Source of the DNA: an uncultured Methanosarcinales archaeon | Lineage (GTDB): Archaea > Nanobdellota > Nanobdellia > Woesearchaeales > JAGVZT01 | DNA length: 22,433 nt | Direction: 5' to 3' | NCBI GenBank assembly: GCA_964419615.1 | Contig: CAYQPU010000029.1 | Coordinates: 1-22,433 of the forward strand | Shown: piece by piece, positions 15,826 to 22,433 of the stretch | Position numbering within the stretch: position 1 is the first letter of the stretch | Layout of the letters: every line of letters starts with the position of its first letter | Notes under the pieces: generated by a model | Databases searched by the model: none | Told to the model about the DNA's origin: nothing | The model's input: only the letters and a program-made list of their open reading frames with translations | Made by a program: the position numbers and the translations under genes

Positions 15826-16638
15826 TTAATTATTTTGATTGTTAATAAAGCCTTCACATTGTGTTTTTAGTGTTTTATTGGATTCTAATCCATTCAGAAT
15901 TTTTGCTTGATAACCTAAAATATCTTGGGAGTCTGATCGCAATGGAGGATTCTCGAATAAGTATATAATCCCATCTACACCATACAGATCAAGAATATCT
16001 TTTACTAAATAATAGCCTCCATCATAGATGATAAAGGGATGTGTATGTGGTTGAATGTCAGACAGGTCTTCTGGCCAATCATCAATGGTGAATTCTTCAT
16101 GATGAGGACCAAAATCAAAAGCACTTCTTATAATATATTGAGCTATTCCTTCATTAATTATATGTAATAAGGGGTTTTCACAAAATAATTCATCTGTTAG
16201 TAAATAACCTAATTCTTCATTTTCTAATATTTGATCAATAAGATAGTGACCATATTCATGACTGTAAATCTCTTCGATACTTAATTGCTCATCAGCATCA
16301 AAAAGTAAAACAGATAGCCTATCAAAAAGAGTATTGTTTGGACTTATGGTTACAGCTGAGAAAACACTTATTTCATCGGTATCCAGATAATATCCACCTA
16401 CCGATGAATCATATGCATCTCTCTGGTTAATAATATTTGGGGAACCAATATCATCCATACAAAAGTGCTGATTTATGCTAGCATTGATACCTGATTGTTC
16501 TTCTCGAATGTAATGCATAGCACTTGGGTTACCAATCATTCCATATGTTAATATCCCTATTGCATACCAAGTCCAACCAGTGTAAGCCAAAGCTCCAATG
16601 GCAAGAACCCCTTTAACATTTTTCCCAAATTGTTTCAT
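15826..16638 (-). CDS. Membrane-anchored or secreted zinc metallopeptidase (gluzincin-like)
   Basis: N-terminal hydrophobic segment, HEYGH (HExxH), downstream INEGIAQY (third-ligand Glu), later YxxGY-like YDGGY. Confidence 0.75.
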   Translation of the reverse strand: MKQFGKNVKGVLAIGALAYTGWTWYAIGILTYGMIGNPSAMHYIREEQSGINASINQHFCMDDIGSPNIINQRDAYDSSVGGYYLDTDEISVFSAVTISPNNTLFDRLSVLLFDADEQLSIEEIYSHEYGHYLIDQILENEELGYLLTDELFCENPLLHIINEGIAQYIIRSAFDFGPHHEEFTIDDWPEDLSDIQPHTHPFIIYDGGYYLVKDILDLYGVDGIIYLFENPPLRSDSQDILGYQAKILNGLESNKTLKTQCEGFINNQNN

Positions 16639-16755
16639 GCAAGAGGGGTCAATTTAACTATTTATAATACTTCCGATTTGTTATATCTTTTTAGTAGTAA
16701 AATGTTAAGAATGTGTTGAAAACATTTTTATATGTTTTTCACTTTCCAAAATAGT

Positions 16756-17127
16756 ATGATAACAGAAGAAATAAAAAGGAACTTAATCAAAAATTACATT
16801 GCTACAATTGAACACTGTTTGTCTACAGACAGACGCGATCAAGTACAATCTGCTGAATTTTTAAGAGATGAACTAGATACTATAATTCTTGGATCAAAAC
16901 ATCATAAATTCTTTCGTTTTTCAAAAAGACACGAAATAGATGGAACCAAGGATTATGATGATGAAGGAAAAGAAGTATTTGCATATATTGGAACATATGA
17001 ACATGAAGGTAAACACTTTATATCTGCAGAATTATACCTTCCAATGGAGAATGCAAGAGACCAAGTATTACAATATTCATTTTATATAGATAATGAGGGT
17101 AAGATTTGTGAAGGATCAATGAATTAA
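16756..17127 (+). CDS. Hypothetical protein
   Basis: Start moved from 16732 to ATG 16756 (TTTTTATA 16725-16732, 23-nt gap); no motif recognised. Confidence 0.65.
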   Translation: MITEEIKRNLIKNYIATIEHCLSTDRRDQVQSAEFLRDELDTIILGSKHHKFFRFSKRHEIDGTKDYDDEGKEVFAYIGTYEHEGKHFISAELYLPMENARDQVLQYSFYIDNEGKICEGSMN

Positions 17128-17137
17128 ATAGGTATAA

Positions 17138-18022
17138 ATGATGAGTTCAATAAATGAAATTCTTGAAATTATTGGAGGTAGCAGATTAATTGAAGAATCT
17201 GGTGATAGTGTTCTACTTTTTTCTGAGGGGGCATGTATCATGTGGGTATCAGAAGATGGATCATTTCATGGTTTGGGTCAAGGTATTTTCAAATATGCTG
17301 CTGATTACTTAGAAACTATTAAAGGTTCTGATTCAGAATATTTCCAGTCAATGCTTGCTCCTTCTGATCATTGGATTTTTACTGAAACTAACGATAATCT
17401 TCTTTTTGCACATGCTATTACAGCAGGATTAATTAAATTAAAACCACAAGGAGAATCAATAGAAGAAATCATGAATGCAATAAATGGATTGATTGATACT
17501 CTCAGACCAATGTATGATGAATATGCACCAAGTTCAAGTAATATTGAAGATTTTGAAGAAGCATTACTACAAGCAGATCATTTCATGAAAGTTATTGTTG
17601 ATGACTATATCCATCTTAATTTTATGGCAAGAGGAGTAAGCAATGATCTTATAACTAAGGTTCCAAAAGAAAGTCCTTATATGGCGAAAAATAAGCTTGC
17701 CTACTCAAGACTAGTCAATGCTTGTAGAAATGCTGAGTATGAACTTTTGGTCCCAGAAGAAACCCAAAAGAGTGAATTTCTTAGAGCTGTTGATGGTTTT
17801 GAAAGAAAAGGAATTGAGGAATGGGAATCTATTATCATAGCAGATGCACCCAGTGAGATACAAGCTTTAACCAAAGTTCAAAATTTAGAGGGTTGGAGAA
17901 TTTTATATAGAGGTGCAACAGAGACAGTTGAACAGGAATTAAGTACTTTAAGAAGTAAGAATCGTGTTGTTTGCGGTAATATATCAAGAGTTTCAGAATA
18001 CCTAGAATTGTGCAAACAATAA
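17138..18022 (+). CDS. Hypothetical acidic protein
   Basis: 294-aa ORF 10 nt after the previous stop, weak SD AGGT; no motif recognised. Confidence 0.7.
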   Translation: MMSSINEILEIIGGSRLIEESGDSVLLFSEGACIMWVSEDGSFHGLGQGIFKYAADYLETIKGSDSEYFQSMLAPSDHWIFTETNDNLLFAHAITAGLIKLKPQGESIEEIMNAINGLIDTLRPMYDEYAPSSSNIEDFEEALLQADHFMKVIVDDYIHLNFMARGVSNDLITKVPKESPYMAKNKLAYSRLVNACRNAEYELLVPEETQKSEFLRAVDGFERKGIEEWESIIIADAPSEIQALTKVQNLEGWRILYRGATETVEQELSTLRSKNRVVCGNISRVSEYLELCKQ

Positions 18023-18069
18023 TTATGATTCCACAATATTTAAATACAAATTTCTAGTTTGTCGTTATT

Positions 18070-19737
18070 ATGGATGAAATCATACTAAAGTATGCTTTGC
18101 AAAATGCTGTAAAGTATAAGGGTAAGGCTCAGATTGGAGCTGTGATAGGAAAAGTGTTTTCCGAGCAACCAGAACTAAAAAAGGATTCAAAGTCAGTTAG
18201 CAAGAGAGTTTTAGAGATTATTAATGATGTTAATAATATGAAGTTTGAAGACCAACTTGAGAAGATAAAACAGATTGCACCTGAACTACTGGAAAAGAAA
18301 AAAGAGGAAAAAAAAGGCCTGCCTGAGCTTGAGAATGCAAGGAAAGGAAAGGTTGTGACAAGGCTTCCACCTGAACCTAGCAAATATCTTCACATAGGGC
18401 ATGTTATGAGTTTTATGATTAATTATCTGTATGCTGAAAAATACAGTGGAAAGTGTATTTTGAAGTTTGAAGATACTAATCCGGATAAGTGCACTAAAGA
18501 ATTTGCTGAGACTATGATTGAGGATATCAAACATGCCGGGATTAAGTTTGAGGATGTGGTTTTTATTAGTGATGATCTTGATTATATGTATGAACAGGCT
18601 GAAAAATTAATTAACATGGATAAGGCTTATGTTTGTTTGTGTAATCGGGATAACATGAGGACTTTTAGACATAAGGGTGTTGAGTGCGAACATCACAAAA
18701 GTTCTGCTAAAGATAATTTTAGTAATTGGAAAAAGATGCTCTCAAAGGGTTTTAGAGAGGGTGAAGCTGTATTAAGATTAAAAGGAGATATGACTGCTGA
18801 AAACCATGTGATGAGAGATCCTGTTCTTTTTAAAATAGATTTTTCAGATCATTGCAGACAAGGCAAAAAATATTTTGTTTGGCCTTTGTATGATTTTGAA
18901 AATGCTGTTGAGGATTGTAAATACGGTGTTACTCATATTATGAGAAGTTCTGAATTTGGGACTATGAGAAATGAACTGCAGAATCATATTAAGGATTTGT
19001 TAGGGTTTACTAAGCAGACTATTGTTCATTATGGCAGGATTAATATTACTGGTGCAATAACACAAGGTAGGGAGATTAGAGAAAAGATCATAAATGGGGA
19101 TGTAATTGGTTGGGATGATCCAAGGTTAGTTACAATTAGAGCACTAAAGAGGAGAGGTATTGATCCAAGAACTTACAGAGAACTTGTTAATGAAGTTGGT
19201 TTAAGTTTGACTCCAACTAATCTTGATTGGACTGTTGTGTCAGCCATTAACAGGAAGATTATTGACAAAGAGGTTAATAGATTCTTTTTTGTTAATGATC
19301 CAAAGTTAATTAAAATTGAAGGTGCTCCACAGCAAGAAGTGGAACTTGATTTGCATCCAGATTTTCCAGAGAGAGGAAAGAGGAAGTTCAAAACAAGTGA
19401 TGAATTTTATATTGCTGCCAAGGATGATACTTTTGAAGAAGGAAAGTTGTATAGGTTGATGGATTGTTTGAACTTTTCTAAAAAAGATGGAAAGCTTGTT
19501 TTTGACTCTTTGGAGTATGTGAAATATAAAGAGAATGGAGATAAGATTATCCACTGGCTACCAAAAGATCAGTTTATTGAAGTCAAAGTTATGATGCCTA
19601 ATGGTGAGTATACAAAAGGATATGGGGAATCAATGATCACTGAATTAAATGTTGATGATGTTATTCAAGCTCAAAGATTTGGTTTTTTAAGGATGGATAA
19701 TAAAGAGAATATGGTGTTTTGGTTTACTCATAAGTAA
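18070..19737 (+). CDS. gltX: Glutamate--tRNA ligase (archaeal type)
   Basis: Archaeal N-terminal domain (ALQNAVKYKGKA..GAVIGK), HIGH, RDP, GVTHIMR (Arg typical of GluRS rather than GlnRS Cys), GWDDPRL, QRFGF. Confidence 0.95.
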   Translation: MDEIILKYALQNAVKYKGKAQIGAVIGKVFSEQPELKKDSKSVSKRVLEIINDVNNMKFEDQLEKIKQIAPELLEKKKEEKKGLPELENARKGKVVTRLPPEPSKYLHIGHVMSFMINYLYAEKYSGKCILKFEDTNPDKCTKEFAETMIEDIKHAGIKFEDVVFISDDLDYMYEQAEKLINMDKAYVCLCNRDNMRTFRHKGVECEHHKSSAKDNFSNWKKMLSKGFREGEAVLRLKGDMTAENHVMRDPVLFKIDFSDHCRQGKKYFVWPLYDFENAVEDCKYGVTHIMRSSEFGTMRNELQNHIKDLLGFTKQTIVHYGRINITGAITQGREIREKIINGDVIGWDDPRLVTIRALKRRGIDPRTYRELVNEVGLSLTPTNLDWTVVSAINRKIIDKEVNRFFFVNDPKLIKIEGAPQQEVELDLHPDFPERGKRKFKTSDEFYIAAKDDTFEEGKLYRLMDCLNFSKKDGKLVFDSLEYVKYKENGDKIIHWLPKDQFIEVKVMMPNGEYTKGYGESMITELNVDDVIQAQRFGFLRMDNKENMVFWFTHK

Positions 19738-19758
19738 ACAAAAATTTTCGGGTTTTTA

Positions 19759-19923
19759 GATGTTGAAAAGATTTTTTTCAAACTGGCAAAAAGAAAACCA
19801 ACCCAATTAAAGATAATTAAGAAGAAGATTGATGAGATAATAGGTAATCCCCACAGATACAAGAATCTAAGAAAACCTTTAAGTAACAAAAAAATTAAAT
19901 ATCTATTAATTCTCTCAAATTAA
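19759..19923 (+). pseudogene. Remnant of a RelE/ParE-family (YafQ-like) toxin gene
   Basis: Hand translation DVEKIFFKLAKRKPTQLKIIKKKIDEIIGNPHRYKNLRKPL (19759-19881) matches the N-terminal half of archaeal RelE-like toxins. There is no in-frame ATG/GTG/TTG, and the sequence diverges after RKPL to a TAA at 19921-19923. Confidence 0.7.
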
Positions 19924-20015
19924 ATAAGGACCAACATAATTGAAAGTAATACAGTAATAACACTAATTTATTGATAATTTGAATACACACATAAACTAAT
20001 GCTTATGATCTTATT

Positions 20016-20378
20016 ATGAAGATGGAACAAACAATCGTCGTGAACAATGATTTTGAAATAACTCCATTAGATTTTGCAGTGCACGTGTATGATAGAGCCA
20101 AAAGACAGAATGATGAAAAGAGGTTTCAGCTTTGTGTTTTGGCAAGCACTGCATCACAAACAGTTATTCATGATGGAGAAGTTAATTTGCTCTCTGGAGT
20201 TGTCACTCTTGCTTCTATTATTGCTTTAATAATGAATGGAATCAGCTTGTATAAAACTAGGAAAGTCTGTGAGAATCATCCAAGTAAATACCTAAACGCA
20301 GCTTTACACGGATGGGATTATGATAGTCTTGAAGAAATGGCTACTGCTTATTTTAAGTCGAATTCCATTTTCTACTAA
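20016..20378 (+). CDS. Hypothetical protein
   Basis: 120-aa ORF with one hydrophobic segment; no motif recognised. Confidence 0.6.
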   Translation: MKMEQTIVVNNDFEITPLDFAVHVYDRAKRQNDEKRFQLCVLASTASQTVIHDGEVNLLSGVVTLASIIALIMNGISLYKTRKVCENHPSKYLNAALHGWDYDSLEEMATAYFKSNSIFY

Positions 20379-20385
20379 AATTAAA

Positions 20386-21615
20386 TTATCTAAGTAATGT
20401 AATAGCTTTTAACCGCTCTTCTATATACTCAGATTTGATTAAGTCAGAGATAAGCTTTGTTGGGTCTGTATATTCTCTATTAACTGTTGCAAACCATCTA
20501 CCTTCTTTGATATATGTTATTTTGTGAGTATCATTGAATATCTTGACATGCTTTTTGCTTTTCAGAGGAGGACCTATATGTTCTTTGTCTTTAGGTAATT
20601 TATCTATTTCTAGAATGTACCAACAAATTGCATTATCTGGTTTGTTCCACTCCCAACCTGCATCAATGATTTTGAATTCCTCAAGTTTTTTCTTTATGTG
20701 CTCAAATGATTTCATCATTTTGGCTCCGATAATGTCATCTTTTCCTTTTAATGGAGTCATTTCCAAAATAATGAGTTTGTTTCTACCTGCTTTTTTCCTT
20801 AATTGTTCTGTTGTTATTTTCTTTTTTTCAAAAAAGACTTTAGAAGGTTTTTTTAGATATTGCTTGGCAATTGATATGAATTGGTCTAGTTTTTTTGAGC
20901 CTAGAGCTGCAGCTGCATTTCTTTCAGGTTGTACTGGATCAATTATTATTAAGGGTCCAAGTTTTGCTTGATTTAGTTTTTGACCATGTTTTTCTGGATC
21001 AATTTTTTGGTTTGGTTTCCATTTTTGTGTTGCTTTGAGCAATGGTTCAAATCCACCATAGTAAATCACGAGTATGTCAACAACATGACCTGAAAATCCT
21101 TTTATGTATGATTCAGCTCCGTATAACTTGTTTGCTTTGAGAAATGCTTTTGTTAATATGATTTGATCTATTAGTTCAGGTTTCTTATCAGTTGTTTTTT
21201 TTACCCAGTCAACATGCAAAAATGATGCATCAGTTACATTGCATGCTTGAGTGTAATTTGATATTTTTAATACAGGTACAACTTCATATTGAAGATTATC
21301 AGCTTTGAATTGAAAATACTCTCTTGATCCTTGCAGAGATTGGATTTTGAAAAGTTTTTTTAGGACTGGTTTAAGAATGTCTGATATGTTTTCATTTTTG
21401 TACTTATAATCAAATCTGGCGAATAGATCAACATCAAAATCACCTTTTAGCATAGTAGATTTCGCTGCAGATCCTCCTAAAACAACTTCTGCTTTTATGG
21501 ACTGCTTTTGAAATTCTTTGTTAATTATTAATAGTGTTTTTTCTATGTTATTATTTAGATCACTTTTTTCCTGATCTGATAGTTTGATTTTATTTAGTAT
21601 TTTATTGTAGTCCAT
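20386..21615 (-). CDS. cca: Archaeal (class I) CCA-adding enzyme
   Basis: GGSAAKSTMLKGDFDVDLF, YGAES..KGFSG, IIIDPVQPERNAAAAL, GPP; TTTTATAA box ends 22 nt before the ATG. Confidence 0.95.
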   Translation of the reverse strand: MDYNKILNKIKLSDQEKSDLNNNIEKTLLIINKEFQKQSIKAEVVLGGSAAKSTMLKGDFDVDLFARFDYKYKNENISDILKPVLKKLFKIQSLQGSREYFQFKADNLQYEVVPVLKISNYTQACNVTDASFLHVDWVKKTTDKKPELIDQIILTKAFLKANKLYGAESYIKGFSGHVVDILVIYYGGFEPLLKATQKWKPNQKIDPEKHGQKLNQAKLGPLIIIDPVQPERNAAAALGSKKLDQFISIAKQYLKKPSKVFFEKKKITTEQLRKKAGRNKLIILEMTPLKGKDDIIGAKMMKSFEHIKKKLEEFKIIDAGWEWNKPDNAICWYILEIDKLPKDKEHIGPPLKSKKHVKIFNDTHKITYIKEGRWFATVNREYTDPTKLISDLIKSEYIEERLKAITLLR

Positions 21616-21661
21616 AATTTGATCAAGTAGATGTGCTTATAAAAAGATTTCGTAAACTATC

Positions 21662-22162
21662 TTATTTTAGATAGTCCTTAGCTACTCTTGGACTTATTTT
21701 GAGTAGATTTTGTTTTGCCTGGAGTTTTCTAAATTGAGTGTCTAATTTAACTTTCGCCTGATTGTTTTCAAACTTTTTTATTATTGGAACACCTTTTGCA
21801 ATTAAGTTTGTGACATAGCTGCTAACTAATGACGGTGTTAACCCTAATTTTTTTGCAATTTTTGAGTATGTTAAAAAATTTTCTTCTGTATAGAGTATTA
21901 AAAATACTTCTTGCTCTCTAATTGTGAGCCTTACATTATTCATTTTTGACTTTTGCTTTTCTGTTGTAAGGTTTTGCAGGATCATTAATTCTTCAACTTT
22001 TTCATTTAGTTTTTCAAGCTTCATTTCAAGCTTTGTGATGTATTCATGGCTTGATTGGATTTCATTTGTGTTCTCATTTATTGATTGAAGGTGATCATCT
22101 AACTCAGATCTTACTTTTTGAAAAGCTAGTCTTAGTTTGCTATCTTTTGGCAATATTTTCAT
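21662..22162 (-). CDS. Coiled-coil plus winged-HTH DNA-binding protein
   Basis: N-terminal heptad region, then LTIREQEVFLILY..LTYSKIAKKLGLTPSLVSSYVTNLIAKGVPI. Start moved to ATG 22162 by TATA spacing. Confidence 0.75.
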   Translation of the reverse strand: MKILPKDSKLRLAFQKVRSELDDHLQSINENTNEIQSSHEYITKLEMKLEKLNEKVEELMILQNLTTEKQKSKMNNVRLTIREQEVFLILYTEENFLTYSKIAKKLGLTPSLVSSYVTNLIAKGVPIIKKFENNQAKVKLDTQFRKLQAKQNLLKISPRVAKDYLK

Positions 22163-22235
22163 GGTTTTTAGAGATATCAATAAAATTTATATAACTATCT
22201 ACTTTGATTAGTATGCAATAAAGTTGATAAAAAAG

Positions 22236-22433
22236 ATGTTTACAAAGGCTAGACTTGGGATTGTGCTTTCTAAGCTAGATGTTTTTGCAAACCCTAAACC
22301 TCATCTTGAGCAATATCCTACTGATTCAGAGGTTGCTGCGAGTGTTTTGTGGAATGCTCATATGCTTGGAGATATTAAAGATAAGGTTATTGCTGATCTT
22401 GGTTGTGGAACTGGTGTTTTGGGTTTAGGTTCT
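22236..22433 (+). CDS. METTL5-family rRNA N6-adenine methyltransferase, N-terminal part
   Basis: Not in ORF track. MFTKARLGIVLSKLDVFANPKPHLEQYPTDSEVAASVLW...VIADLGCGTGVLGLG: LEQYxT and DLGCGTG SAM motif; runs off the window end. Confidence 0.9.
   Translation, partial: MFTKARLGIVLSKLDVFANPKPHLEQYPTDSEVAASVLWNAHMLGDIKDKVIADLGCGTGVLGLGS

Noticed and set aside
19735-19923. Stop-codon readthrough fusing GluRS to the RelE fragment
   Set aside because: In-frame placement has a one-in-three chance, the stop is TAA, GluRS ends normally at FWFTHK, and the toxin part is truncated.
19921-19968. Minus-strand hydrophobic run ISVITVLLSIMLVLI
   Set aside because: Bounded by stops with no start codon; cannot be told apart from AT-rich noise.
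685-21000. Antisense or alternate-frame ORFs in the track (e.g. 685-918, 949-1233, 2598-2879, 4313-4549, 4885-5244, 10954-11229, 14837-15244, 18129-18383, 20534-20971)
   Set aside because: They lie within well-supported genes, have no motifs or promoter at the standard spacing, and are shadow ORFs.
1-22433. CRISPR array, tRNA/rRNA genes, IS elements
   Set aside because: No regularly spaced repeats, cloverleaf-compatible GC-rich segments, transposase motifs or terminal inverted repeats were seen by eye.

Overview
AT-rich archaeal window. The gene set (class I CCA enzyme, thermosome, aIF6, Nmd3, archaeal GluRS, secF-secD, METTL5) and compact layout suggest a DPANN archaeon, probably Woesearchaeota-like; this is inference, not a database result. 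Housekeeping genes are nmd3 (partial), eif6, secF, secD, thermosome, gltX, cca and a partial METTL5. An accessory stretch at 3635-13529 holds two RBBP9/YdeN hydrolase paralogs, two possible isochorismatase-fold ORFs, a MerR/Xis-like HTH, an MNT-HEPN pair, small membrane proteins, a divergent PLP enzyme plus GNAT behind a long leader, two tandem receiver domains and a second nucleotidyltransferase. A smaller accessory block lies at 15340-18022. Hand translation found features missing from the ORF track: Nmd3 (1-339), a 32-aa membrane micro-ORF (8887-8985), a possible 22-aa leader ORF (10253-10321), a RelE toxin remnant (19759-19923) and METTL5 (22236-end). Most transcription units have a TATA box ending 21-23 nt before the start codon, implying leaderless mRNAs; I used this to revise several starts. 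The best leads are a PDZ-like insert in SecD, the leader/PLP/GNAT unit, the Lys-less receiver pair, the nucleotidyltransferase with a non-HEPN partner, and a putative isochorismatase pseudoenzyme. I saw no tRNA, rRNA, CRISPR array, integrase or transposase. All family calls come from motif recognition by eye.
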